Of a stretch of DNA of 26,074 nt, positions 8,371-17,427 are shown in pieces. A model generated the notes under the pieces. That model worked only from the letters and a program-made list of their open reading frames with translations, did not search any database and was not told the DNA's origin. Both the position numbers and the translations under genes were made by a program. Origin of the DNA: a virus (Duplodnaviria; Caudoviricetes); IMG/VR virus record IMGVR_UViG_3300009095_000063, positions 1 to 26,074 of that record; one strand, 5' to 3'. Each line of letters starts with the position of its first letter. Position 1 is the first letter of the stretch.

Positions 8371-8677
8371 AGCTTATATTGATTTGCTAGATACTGAAGC
8401 AAGTGCAGTTCTTTTGTATATACCAGACAGCTACACTCCTATGGCCAACTTTTTAGAAAGTAAATTCCATGACGGATGTTGTAAGGGAACTCAGGTGTGG
8501 GCAGGGGGTTCCATTAAGCTTGGAGGCGATATTGTAATTTGGTTTAGAGAGGGGCTGTACATGTACGACAATCTAATCGAAGATTTACAAATGCTAGATT
8601 ACAATATTGTACAACTGGACGAATCATTTGATAGGTTTGAAGAGATGTTAGAATATATTAAGGAGAGCAACCTATGA
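8363..8677 (+). CDS. Hypothetical protein, paralog group B
   Basis: YIPDSY...NF...K and EDLQMLDYNIV; GAGGAG RBS. Confidence 0.75.
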   Translation: MNRAYIDLLDTEASAVLLYIPDSYTPMANFLESKFHDGCCKGTQVWAGGSIKLGGDIVIWFREGLYMYDNLIEDLQMLDYNIVQLDESFDRFEEMLEYIKESNL

Positions 8678-9009
8678 CAGATACAAAGATTATTTACATT
8701 CAAGATGATCGTAGGAGTTCTACAACAATCCAATTCTGTTATTCTGAAGATATGCAACCAATTGATAATTGGATAGGGACTGTATATGGAGAAGATAAAG
8801 AGGATGTGTTCCATGATCATTGGCAACAGCTAACCCCTATTACATGCACAGGGATTAGAAACTTAGAGACAGCAAAGCTAAGTGCTGATGACTTCATAAC
8901 TATGTGCAACACTCTAGACTATGTTGTAAAAAGAGTTAAGAATGAAGTTGTAAAAGGTGAGTCTTTCAAAGTATCTTGCTTTACAGCCTATCCAGAAGAC
9001 TTCAAGTAA
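8674..9009 (+). CDS. Hypothetical protein, paralog group A
   Basis: IYIQDD...FCYSED; AAGGAG RBS; ATGA overlap. Confidence 0.75.
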   Translation: MTDTKIIYIQDDRRSSTTIQFCYSEDMQPIDNWIGTVYGEDKEDVFHDHWQQLTPITCTGIRNLETAKLSADDFITMCNTLDYVVKRVKNEVVKGESFKVSCFTAYPEDFK

Positions 9010-9033
9010 CCCCTTCACTTTTCTGTAGTTAAC

Positions 9034-9057
9034 AAAAAGCCCGCCATAAAGGCGGGC
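9034..9057 (-). terminator. Intrinsic terminator of the late operon at the convergence point, possibly bidirectional
   Basis: GCCCGCC-ATAAA-GGCGGGC with an A5 run on the left, which is a U-tract on the - strand. Confidence 0.85.
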
Positions 9058-9070
9058 ATAATTATTCTTA

Positions 9071-9394
9071 TTATTGTTTATTCTTATTATTGTCTTTTAC
9101 ATCTCCCTTCAAAGCTGCATCCTTCACATTCAGCTCATCTAAGACCAGGGAATATCTCCTTTGATTCAAGTAGGCATCACTCTCAACCTTCTTGTGAAGT
9201 TTGTCCAGAGAGTCTAAGTATTCCCTTCTCTCCCTGTCCATCCTCTCCTCCAGTTCCTTCCTTAGAATCATCAACTCATAGTCTGCCTTGTGTGTCCTAG
9301 TGGCCAACCCCACAGAAACGGATACACTTCCAACCAATCCAACAGACAGAAGTATCATCACCGCCATCATGATAAAATCAGATTTTCTCTGCAT
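9071..9394 (-). CDS. Membrane-anchored coiled-coil protein of unknown function
   Basis: N-terminal hydrophobic helix followed by a charged helical region; last gene of the late operon. Confidence 0.7.
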   Translation of the reverse strand: MQRKSDFIMMAVMILLSVGLVGSVSVSVGLATRTHKADYELMILRKELEERMDRERREYLDSLDKLHKKVESDAYLNQRRYSLVLDELNVKDAALKGDVKDNNKNKQ

Positions 9395-9411
9395 GAGTGG
9401 CCCCTTGACAA

Positions 9412-9708
9412 CTACTTGTTATTGTATCTCTGTTGTAACTCCAATTGTTTAAGAATGATATCCATCTTATTGTTGAGGTCGCCAATGCGAGTATCAACGA
9501 AGGAGATGATTTCTTGTTTAGTTGTTTGAAGCTTCTGCTCTGTAACTGCTGTGGCTTGGAGTTGATAAATACGCTCTTCAAGTTTCTGCACTTGTGATTG
9601 CTGCCATGTAAGGCCCAATACAAGAAAAGGAATTAGAAACTTACTGATTGTATCTACTACAATCTTCCATCCACCATCATCGTTATTTTGCTGATTCCTT
9701 GTCGTCAT
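9412..9708 (-). CDS. Single-TM coiled-coil protein, possibly lysis-related
   Basis: TM segment KFLIPFLVLGLTW followed by a heptad-rich region; directly follows the o-spanin. Confidence 0.7.
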   Translation of the reverse strand: MTTRNQQNNDDGGWKIVVDTISKFLIPFLVLGLTWQQSQVQKLEERIYQLQATAVTEQKLQTTKQEIISFVDTRIGDLNNKMDIILKQLELQQRYNNK

Positions 9709-9982
9709 ACAATTTATTAGCCTCTTCTATAAACTTTCTAGCTGCTTTGAGGCGATTATTACACTCTGCAACTTTCTTAGCTGACTTAATGTAGGCGTCA
9801 GAGACGCTGTAGAAAGCAGATTCATAAGAGTCTCCTAGTTCCCCTACATCACTAAATCCACAATCACTCAGGAGGTGCTGTGGAGGGGCAAGCACTACGG
9901 TTTCCTGCAAGACAAGCTGCTTCTGAGAGCAACCACTTATGCTCAGAAAGATCAAGCTTGACAACAACATCTTCTTTAACAT
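9683..9982 (-). CDS. o-spanin (Rz1-like outer-membrane lipoprotein)
   Basis: Lipoprotein signal MLKKMLLSSLIFLSISG|C, Pro-rich APPQHLLSDC and CNNRL; overlaps the 3' end of the i-spanin in another frame. Confidence 0.85.
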   Translation of the reverse strand: MLKKMLLSSLIFLSISGCSQKQLVLQETVVLAPPQHLLSDCGFSDVGELGDSYESAFYSVSDAYIKSAKKVAECNNRLKAARKFIEEANKLYDDKESAK

Positions 9983-10298
9983 CTGTAATTGCTCTCTGTG
10001 TTAGGAGAGGCTTACAAGACTTCCCCTTTAATCCACTGAATTTAGCCTCTAAATCATCGAACTTCTCTTTGGTAGTATCTTGGTCAAGGAAAAGCTCAGC
10101 GATGATTTCTTCGTGTTTTTTACTTAGACTTTGAGCCTTTTGAAGCTCTTCTGAAGACTTCTCTAAGGACTCCCTGAGTGCCTTTACATTGAGTTCACTG
10201 ACCTCTAGTGATTTGCTCTTAGAATCAAGCATCAGGTAAAGACCGCTGCAAGCTAGTGAGAGAGTTAGGATGACCCCTATTAGAATCTTAGTCAGCAT
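9864..10298 (-). CDS. i-spanin (Rz-like)
   Basis: Start reassigned to MLTKILIGV at 10298 after GGAGG. N-terminal TM, coiled coil and C-terminal cysteines. Confidence 0.82.
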   Translation of the reverse strand: MLTKILIGVILTLSLACSGLYLMLDSKSKSLEVSELNVKALRESLEKSSEELQKAQSLSKKHEEIIAELFLDQDTTKEKFDDLEAKFSGLKGKSCKPLLTQRAITDVKEDVVVKLDLSEHKWLLSEAACLAGNRSACPSTAPPE

Positions 10299-10536
10299 CC
10301 TCTGCCTCCTTATCACATTCCATAACGTCATCAAGACCTTGATCCAGAAAACGCCCAAGCAGGCCCAGAATGCCAAGAAAGAGAGCACAACCAACCAGAA
10401 TAGGGAACGCAAGCTCACTAGATAACACCCCCAATACTGAAAGACCAGAGACAGATAAAGCAATCAGGAAGTTAGCTGCCATTGAAAGGAAGCTGTAAGA
10501 CTTAATAATCTTCTTTTTATTTGGTAGAAGTTTCAT
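10288..10536 (-). CDS. Putative holin (two TM segments, pinholin-like)
   Basis: 82 aa, basic N-terminus, two hydrophobic helices and an acidic tail; lies between endolysin and spanins. Confidence 0.7.
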   Translation of the reverse strand: MKLLPNKKKIIKSYSFLSMAANFLIALSVSGLSVLGVLSSELAFPILVGCALFLGILGLLGRFLDQGLDDVMECDKEAEDAD

Positions 10537-11026
10537 TAGACTCTTGCACCCCTTCTAGGCAAAGTTTATTCTCAGATTGACGCCTGAGAGTAAGACCTTT
10601 TAGTTTCTTACCCCCGGCTTTGTCCCAGCGTAATAGTTGATTACAAGCTCCGACTCTATCTCCGTTATTCAACTTCTTGAGTAGTGTTGACTTAGAGAAA
10701 GCTCCAACACCTACGTTGTAAGTGAAAGAGAGATAAGCAGCTTCTTCTTTCTCGCTAATAGGAGTTTTGATATACATCACCATCTTCTTGTGGTGTTCTG
10801 TAAGTTCTTCAGCAAGAGAATCTAGGCACTCTTCGTCTGTCTTGTAGTCTCCCTTGTTCACTCCTTTAGTTTCTCCGTAGCAGATTGTCCAGATTCCTAC
10901 AGGATCAAGGTAAGCTTTGTTGCTCACTCCTTCATAGTAGGATACTGTGCCAGCGCCTGCTAAGACTAAAGCAGCACTCAGGCCAATCCCTGATAGGTGT
11001 TTAGCTATCTTCTGATTGAACTTCAT
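10517..11026 (-). CDS. Endolysin, GH24 lysozyme with probable SAR domain
   Basis: EG...AYLDPVGIWTICYGET catalytic E-D-T pattern, FTYNVGVGAF, LKGLTLRR and a Gly/Ala-rich weakly hydrophobic N-terminus. Confidence 0.93.
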   Translation of the reverse strand: MKFNQKIAKHLSGIGLSAALVLAGAGTVSYYEGVSNKAYLDPVGIWTICYGETKGVNKGDYKTDEECLDSLAEELTEHHKKMVMYIKTPISEKEEAAYLSFTYNVGVGAFSKSTLLKKLNNGDRVGACNQLLRWDKAGGKKLKGLTLRRQSENKLCLEGVQESNETSTK

Positions 11027-11733
11027 TAACTGATATCCTTGTAAGGATTTATTTCAAAAGTAAATCCTTTGAAATATTTATACTCTTGCTCAGAAGGATA
11101 GGCTTTAAAGTTATCTTGCAAGTCAAACTTGTTCCCAAGCTGAATTACAAGAGACTTTGAGACATTTAGATAAGTGTTAACTTTAAGCTTGTATTTGTAC
11201 CAAGAGTCAACCTTTTCAAAACCTAGAGTATAAACTTTGTGTTCAGGGTAAAGCCAAACACCATAGAAAGTGTAATATTTACCACACTTCAGGAATTGCC
11301 AACCTGTAGACCTCAGATCATCACGAACATAATCTTGACCAGCAACCTTTTCTACAATATCGTTACGAACATCACAACCAAGAATAAAACGTTTGAAATA
11401 GTTGAAAGGATTACGAATAACCATCCACCAGAATTGCCCTAAGAAAGATGTATTCTTTAAACCAAAAGGAATGTCACGAGAAGCCCAACGAAAGTTGTCA
11501 TCACCTAAAGTTCCGTCTACACTATTATCATACCACTTAGCCCACTTAGGAAGCTGGCGTAACCAATATTCCTCACCGTCAGAATTAAGAATATATGTTT
11601 CATCCTCCAAACTGTCATCAGGGAATAACAAAGCAATGGGTACAATAATTAAGCCAATTAAGACACCAAGAATTGTGAGTATTGCTTGTAGTGTCCAAAT
11701 TAGGACAGCTTGAAAGATATTTAACATCCACAT
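11026..11733 (-). CDS. Membrane-anchored hypothetical protein, Trp-rich
   Basis: Long N-terminal hydrophobic segment; LPKWAKWYDN...DG..GD and WWMVIRNP motifs. Confidence 0.75.
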   Translation of the reverse strand: MWMLNIFQAVLIWTLQAILTILGVLIGLIIVPIALLFPDDSLEDETYILNSDGEEYWLRQLPKWAKWYDNSVDGTLGDDNFRWASRDIPFGLKNTSFLGQFWWMVIRNPFNYFKRFILGCDVRNDIVEKVAGQDYVRDDLRSTGWQFLKCGKYYTFYGVWLYPEHKVYTLGFEKVDSWYKYKLKVNTYLNVSKSLVIQLGNKFDLQDNFKAYPSEQEYKYFKGFTFEINPYKDIS

Positions 11734-11738
11734 ATTTC

Positions 11739-12290
11739 CTAATAAGAGATTGCCAATACGGCAGCGTAGGTTGTAGCCGCATCAACAGCAGCAAGCTTAC
11801 TCGCAAGGTGAACCTGTTCTGCTTTGATATGTTCATTCATATCCTGCATTACTTGAAGTAGTTGTGCCGATGAATGGTATTTCCACTCAAAACGGGTGCC
11901 GTCACTAGTCCAGATTGGTTGATCTTCTTGCGTAAAATTTGCTACGTTTAAACGAGTTTGCAGGTTAACTTGGTCTACTAGACGACAGTCATAGTTATGA
12001 ACAGCGCCTAATGCCTCAGATGAGAAAATGGTTCGTTGAATGTTATCTGAACACATTGTACGAAATTCATACCGTTTTTGTACCCTGCCATCCTCCACAG
12101 GAGGTGGAGGTGGTTGTACCCACTCAAGACGGCCATCTTCCCCAATGGCCAACATAAGACCAGTATTCCACAGAGGCCTCAAATCATCCCACTCTTGTTG
12201 TGTCATTTCAAAAGCATCTTCGGGAAGAGTGTAGTCAAAAATTGACGTATCGTACCAACCCAAAGTTTCAAACGAGTAGTAAAGTGCCAT
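11739..12290 (-). CDS. Tail fibre assembly chaperone (Tfa/DUF4376-like)
   Basis: Start reassigned to MALYYS at 12290 after AGGAG. GWYD...LPEDA, PPPPP linker and SEALGAVHNYD...DQVNL; follows the fibre gene. Confidence 0.78.
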   Translation of the reverse strand: MALYYSFETLGWYDTSIFDYTLPEDAFEMTQQEWDDLRPLWNTGLMLAIGEDGRLEWVQPPPPPVEDGRVQKRYEFRTMCSDNIQRTIFSSEALGAVHNYDCRLVDQVNLQTRLNVANFTQEDQPIWTSDGTRFEWKYHSSAQLLQVMQDMNEHIKAEQVHLASKLAAVDAATTYAAVLAISY

Positions 12291-12304
12291 AATATTTCTC
12301 CTAA

Positions 12305-13162
12305 TTAATACCCAATAGCAAACCAACGACTACCCGCAGGGATTGCCCCGGCGTTAGTTCTAAAGTTAACACCACTAGTAGTCAAACCATAAGCCGCAAT
12401 AGAGTCCTGAGTAGGTGTGACGCTAGTGGCACCTAAATAATTAGTGGCTGCTACATATACACAAGCTGTTGGGAAAGGAATACTAAAACTTATCGCAGCT
12501 GGAGTGCCCGAAAAAGCTGGAGTTGTACCCCATTGTAAAATTAATCCGCCAGGTAACACTTGATAGCCTGCTGCACCAATAGACTGCTTTCCTGCACCGG
12601 TAAACTGTTGAAAAAGAAATGCTGTAGTTGCTAGTTGTGTGGTGCTGGTGTTTAGGGCGGCTGTTGGTGCAGTAGGTGTTCCCGTAAAGGTTGGACTATT
12701 AATAGCAGCAGCACCAAGATTTCCACGGGCGGTTGCTACGTTAGTTAAGTCACTAAGGTTGTTAGACCGCTGTGTATAACGTACATCGCCAGCGGTTTGT
12801 GTCAGGAACGCACCTACATCAGCAAACGCCACAGTCCAGTATGTATCAGAAACGTCTGTAGTCGGGTCTTGTACTGTGGTGGCTGGCCCAGAGGCTGCTA
12901 CAGACTTATACACCTTACCGTCACTACCTTGAACATAAGATAGTCCACCAGCTTCATAGTTAGTTAGTCCGTCCCAAGCAGGCAGACCACGCTGGTTAAT
13001 GTGGGCAAGGTATTCATCTTGTCTATTCTGAATCCAATTCTCAAATTGGTGAGGAGGAACTTCTACAGTCCACCCTTGTTGCTTTTTGAGGTCAGATGGT
13101 TCTACAATATCCCCACCTGAAGCCCAAACCTGTTGCATATTAGGCTTTGTTAAAAGAGCCAT
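12305..13162 (-). CDS. Tail fibre protein (short)
   Basis: N-terminal baseplate anchor WASGG...GW...PPHQFENW, NNLSDL...ARGNLG, SPTFTGTPTAPT and C-terminal GYQVLPGGLILQWG...WFAIGY. Confidence 0.88.
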   Translation of the reverse strand: MALLTKPNMQQVWASGGDIVEPSDLKKQQGWTVEVPPHQFENWIQNRQDEYLAHINQRGLPAWDGLTNYEAGGLSYVQGSDGKVYKSVAASGPATTVQDPTTDVSDTYWTVAFADVGAFLTQTAGDVRYTQRSNNLSDLTNVATARGNLGAAAINSPTFTGTPTAPTAALNTSTTQLATTAFLFQQFTGAGKQSIGAAGYQVLPGGLILQWGTTPAFSGTPAAISFSIPFPTACVYVAATNYLGATSVTPTQDSIAAYGLTTSGVNFRTNAGAIPAGSRWFAIGY

Positions 13163-13189
13163 TTGTTACTCCTATTAAAAATTTACTGA

Positions 13190-13936
13190 CTAAGAAATCA
13201 ATGTGGCCCATTGTCCACCCACCGTAGGATCACTAACATCTCCATAACCTTTGGCAGTAGGAACACCAGCAAAAGCAAAGAAGTTGTCTCCGGGAAACTG
13301 TCCGTAATTAACTCTCACCCCTACAGGTTTAGGGATGAATGGGACATCATACCCTTCTGAGTTTGTGGTGTAAGTTAGAAGTGCTCTCTCAAAAGAGTTA
13401 AGTTCTTTACCAACTAGAATGGTAAACTCTGCGTCACCCTCTGTAATTACGGAGTTAAGAGTTGTTCCATATACAAAGCTAATAAAATCTAAGAAGTCAT
13501 TAGGTGTAGCGTTAGTTCTATTCTTGAGAATCTTAGCTTTAATGAATAACCTATACTGCTCATCATTGAGAAGTGTATTACCAGCCAGAGGATCACCAAG
13601 TGAATACCAAGTACCTCCAACACTCACATCGTTTAAATCTCCATAGCTCTTACCATCTAACACACCATCGAATGCAAAATACTCTAAGAGGGCTGTGTCA
13701 ATAAGAACTCTTGGTTGTCCTACAATATCCCCAAGAATGTCTAGTTGAACACCTTCTGCGGTGTCGATGCTTCTCTTTTGCATCAAATCTTTCAGAGCAA
13801 GTTGTACATCAATATTATTCTCAAGCATTAGCTGAACAAACTTATCAAACATAGGCTTATTCTTGAAGACTTCTGTGTAACGACTCCTAGCTTCTTCTAA
13901 GTATTCAACAACTTCAAATTCATTTATCTCACTCAT
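13190..13936 (-). CDS. Baseplate wedge subunit (DUF2612-like)
   Basis: IDTAEGVQLDILGDIVGQPR, LNDEQYRLFIKAKI and PKPVGV; follows the baseplate J-like gene. Confidence 0.82.
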   Translation of the reverse strand: MSEINEFEVVEYLEEARSRYTEVFKNKPMFDKFVQLMLENNIDVQLALKDLMQKRSIDTAEGVQLDILGDIVGQPRVLIDTALLEYFAFDGVLDGKSYGDLNDVSVGGTWYSLGDPLAGNTLLNDEQYRLFIKAKILKNRTNATPNDFLDFISFVYGTTLNSVITEGDAEFTILVGKELNSFERALLTYTTNSEGYDVPFIPKPVGVRVNYGQFPGDNFFAFAGVPTAKGYGDVSDPTVGGQWATLIS

Positions 13937-13943
13937 AGTCCCC

Positions 13944-15389
13944 TCATACGAAAGTAATAGCTAAGTAGTCAGTCATTGCAAGCTCATCAAAATCAATAGT
14001 GAGGTTGGACATTCCTACAGGTGAAGGGGAGGTTGAGATATTTAAGCTGTTAACTTGATGCCCCGGAATGCTATTGATCGGGGTGTAAAGTCTACTGTAT
14101 ACAACATCATCACCAATCTTTAGATCACTGATATATTGAATCAGTGCATCCCTAATAGCATCCTCTCCATTAGGAGGGAACTGGGAGTTGGTGGTGAGAG
14201 ACAGTTCAATATAGATTGTTACAGGAACAGGTCTTGAGAAATTAACATCATGAGGCAACCCTTGAGTGTCCAAGACAGTCACTGTAGTATTCCCTTGACT
14301 CAGAATCCCAATCGGTTTATTATCCCATATGGCCTGAGCAATAGCAGAGCCTAAACCTCCATCTACAATGGTTAAGAAACTATGACCTAGTACACCATTG
14401 CTGTCAGTGACGTTGGTATCATTCTCATAAATTCTGAGGTCTTGTACACCTTGAATTCCGAGGATTGCACTATAGAGAGCTTCGATTACGTTAGTAGACT
14501 TGTCGAACTTAGAGTTTCTAAACCTCTCTCTTAGTTCTGAATCTGTCTCAATAAAGCTACCAATAGCAGCTTCCATAGGGTTGCTTACAGAGTCCCATCC
14601 GAGTACAGGAGTGGAAATCGTATCAATAGTATCCACTGGCTGCTCTACAGGGCCAACTTCATCACCTGTAAACACCAAGGGTTTAATCACTTTTACGATG
14701 CCGAGGTTAGCAGAGCTGGAGTAGGTGAACAGTTGGAAAGGATCAATACTCTCAACGTACAGGATGTTATTAACTACTGAGGTTTTTAGAGCTGGGAAAC
14801 TGCCTGCAATCAACACTTCAAACTGATTAAACAGAGAAAGAAGTGTTGTACCACTCATAGGAGTAGTGATACTAATATCAATATTAGTGATATCATTAGC
14901 TTCTCTGTACGAGAGGGTGTAGACTGTGTTGTTTGCCACTGAGATAGGATTAACGCCTACGCCTGTAGCACTCACAACAGATAGCTGAGTAAGTAGTAAG
15001 TTTGAATATGTCTTACCGCTAGTCGAGCTTGTAACCTTTGAGTTTGCAGGGATGATAATGTTTGTATTCCCTGTAACAAGGCAAGTAGCTCTTGTAGGGG
15101 AAGAAGGGATTCTTGTAATACCACCAAGAGCAACAATGTTATCCAGAGCAACACCAACTGCCGTATTTGGGTTAAAGGCATCATAAACTTGCTGTACAGC
15201 TTCCCAGAGGTCAGCCCCTGACGGCGCTACAACACCAATCTGCCTACCGATGGCAGAGTTGTCTTCTACGTTAACAACCTCCCCTTCAGGTACTGTGTCT
15301 GCCCAGATTTCTCTGGCTTTATCTCTGAGTTCTTCAACAACCTCTGGCAGTCTGGGAACTGTAAGTCCTTCTGGTGTAAGTCCTGCCAT
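13944..15389 (-). CDS. Baseplate J-like wedge protein
   Basis: AVGVALDNIVALGGITR, ETDSELRERF and IAQAIWDNKPIGI motifs. Confidence 0.88.
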   Translation of the reverse strand: MAGLTPEGLTVPRLPEVVEELRDKAREIWADTVPEGEVVNVEDNSAIGRQIGVVAPSGADLWEAVQQVYDAFNPNTAVGVALDNIVALGGITRIPSSPTRATCLVTGNTNIIIPANSKVTSSTSGKTYSNLLLTQLSVVSATGVGVNPISVANNTVYTLSYREANDITNIDISITTPMSGTTLLSLFNQFEVLIAGSFPALKTSVVNNILYVESIDPFQLFTYSSSANLGIVKVIKPLVFTGDEVGPVEQPVDTIDTISTPVLGWDSVSNPMEAAIGSFIETDSELRERFRNSKFDKSTNVIEALYSAILGIQGVQDLRIYENDTNVTDSNGVLGHSFLTIVDGGLGSAIAQAIWDNKPIGILSQGNTTVTVLDTQGLPHDVNFSRPVPVTIYIELSLTTNSQFPPNGEDAIRDALIQYISDLKIGDDVVYSRLYTPINSIPGHQVNSLNISTSPSPVGMSNLTIDFDELAMTDYLAITFV

Positions 15390-15390
15390 T

Positions 15391-15774
15391 TTAGGCTCCT
15401 GCGTTCACTTGAATATTATTTGTAATCTGCCCTAGAGTTGTTCTAACCCTGAAGTTTATCGTGTATGTTCTACCGTTGGAGACATCACTAAAGAACTCTG
15501 TAAGTTCTACAACATCAGGCTCTTCTAGAATCTTTTGTTGGAAGATTAGGTCAATGGTTTGTTTATTCCTAACCTTACCAAATATCTCCTGGTAATAAGG
15601 GACACCGTTATCTGTGTTGATAAACCATTCACCTAGGAAGGTAGATAGCTTTATCTTCAACTTCTGTGCTACACTGCTAGCTCGATCTGTGGTTACAGTG
15701 GCTCCGGTGTTGTCGTACAATAAATCTCCATAAGTAGGAGATAGAGGATCATCATCTAATCGCATATCTGTCAT
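15391..15774 (-). CDS. Baseplate wedge/sheath initiator (gp25/Mu gp46-like)
   Basis: LSTFLGEWFINTDNGVPY motif; lies between spike and J-like genes. Confidence 0.78.
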   Translation of the reverse strand: MTDMRLDDDPLSPTYGDLLYDNTGATVTTDRASSVAQKLKIKLSTFLGEWFINTDNGVPYYQEIFGKVRNKQTIDLIFQQKILEEPDVVELTEFFSDVSNGRTYTINFRVRTTLGQITNNIQVNAGA

Positions 15775-15787
15775 GTTTATCTCCTAG

Positions 15788-16537
15788 TTATTGAGGGACG
15801 GATGTGTTACTTAGGCCGGGTTGAACACCACCATGTACGTGAGCGTTCATATTTATACCATCTAAAGAGTAAACACCCAGTTGTCTAAGTGACCCGTTCA
15901 ACGTAACATCCCCGTTGAATGTAAGGTTTCCACTCCACTCTGTTGCTGGACAGTTGATGGTTGTAGAAGCACTAACATTGACAACTGCTGTCTGTCACTC
16001 TACAGTGATAGCAGTGGGAGACTTAATGAGTACACTTCCATCAGGACGCATTCTTAGCTCAACCTCTGCGCCACCAAGATTGTGAGCAACCACTAAATCA
16101 CTTGTGGAATGAGGAAGACTTCTTACGGTAGCATTATTAATAGACTCAGAGAATGGGAATAATCCGGGGATTGCTATTGCATCCCTCTTGTCAAACTTCC
16201 TGAAGTCTGTTGGGGTTACAAACCTTGAGTCAGAGCTTGAATTCTTGAATGTATCTAGTCCACGTTGACTGAATACACACAACACTGTATCACCAATACT
16301 AATTGGGAATGTCAGGGCTGATGTAGAGCTAGACGGGAAGATAACTGGGACACTGAGGATAGGGGGATGCTGCTCTACAGTGTCATTCTTGAATCTCTTA
16401 TTAACTACAGGCTGTACATCTAGCATCTGAGATGCAATGTTAGAGTTACCAACTACTACACAAGGAAGGCAAGTATAGATGTTGCTTATCTGTGATAAGA
16501 AGCCTGTACGAGACATCTCTTCAAAAACATCATTCAT
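15788..16537 (-). CDS. Baseplate central spike, interrupted by one in-frame TGA at 15995-15997
   Basis: OB-fold N-terminus (VPVIFP...PISIGDTVLCVFSQR). The same frame continues after the TGA for 68 codons of beta-repeat ending in AHVHGGVQPG, the HxH metal-binding tip. Confidence 0.85.
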
Positions 16538-17427
16538 GATGGTATATCTCCATTTAGTATCTCTTCACAGAAGCAGTCGATGTACCAATCGTTATCATTA
16601 TAACCACCATAGTATCTGGCGTTTACAACTCTGAATGTACCTGTGATAAGAGTGCTCTGAATGGCCACAGGACTACCGGGAAAGATTCTTCCGTTCAAGA
16701 GAGCTTTGAATTGAACTCCTTTACGCTTAGTCTTATCTCCTTTCAGCTTAGCACCATCTGCTGTGGTTCTGTAAGGGATATCAATAAGGCCGGTGTTTTC
16801 ACTCAGGATAAAGGCTGTAGTGAGGTTCTTATCTGTAAGCTGGGATTCATCTGAGATGTATAAAGCATCCCTATCAATCCGATACTCCATACGATTAGCT
16901 TCACACACTTCATTAAGCATTTGCCTAGGAGTTCCTGTTAGGGGATATCCATAGAGGCACTGTTGGTTCTTATTCAGCCCAACATAACCCCCTTTTACAA
17001 TGCCGGGCATCTGCTTCCTAATCTCTTCAATTGTTTGTTCAACTGTAGAGCCAGCAGGAGTAACACCTTTCAAATATTGTTGGTTAAGCTCAATATACCC
17101 TTCACCAATAACAATAGTAGTAACTTTATCTGTACCACTACGTCTAGTAGTTACTTGAGTAACTTGCCCTGTAATCAAATTCACAAGACCAGTATCTTCA
17201 TAACCACAAGACAAACTTACTCCTAGATACTCAGTTGAGTCTAGTTTAGCAAGAGTGTTATTGGAGAGGTTATACACTTCAATATTAGCCGAGTTACTTT
17301 TTCTTTTATTATCGCTTGACTTACTTACATCAAAGGTGACTTGAAGATTAGTGATACTGATAGCGTCTTTATTCTTACTTTTGTAATCACCTAAGATCAG
17401 CTCATAAATACGCTGTCTCTGTAGCAT
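16534..17427 (-). CDS. Baseplate hub protein
   Basis: ANIEVYNLS and LSENTGLIDIP motifs; size and position upstream of the spike. Confidence 0.75.
   Translation of the reverse strand: MLQRQRIYELILGDYKSKNKDAISITNLQVTFDVSKSSDNKRKSNSANIEVYNLSNNTLAKLDSTEYLGVSLSCGYEDTGLVNLITGQVTQVTTRRSGTDKVTTIVIGEGYIELNQQYLKGVTPAGSTVEQTIEEIRKQMPGIVKGGYVGLNKNQQCLYGYPLTGTPRQMLNEVCEANRMEYRIDRDALYISDESQLTDKNLTTAFILSENTGLIDIPYRTTADGAKLKGDKTKRKGVQFKALLNGRIFPGSPVAIQSTLITGTFRVVNARYYGGYNDNDWYIDCFCEEILNGDIPS

Noticed and set aside
9864-10463. 199-aa version of the i-spanin in the ORF track
   Set aside because: The upstream 55 codons overlap the holin; the ATG at 10298 has an RBS and gives a normal single-TM i-spanin.
15960-15997. 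Selenocysteine insertion at the spike UGA
   Set aside because: No convincing bacterial SECIS hairpin at the expected spacing downstream, and no redox role is expected for a spike residue.
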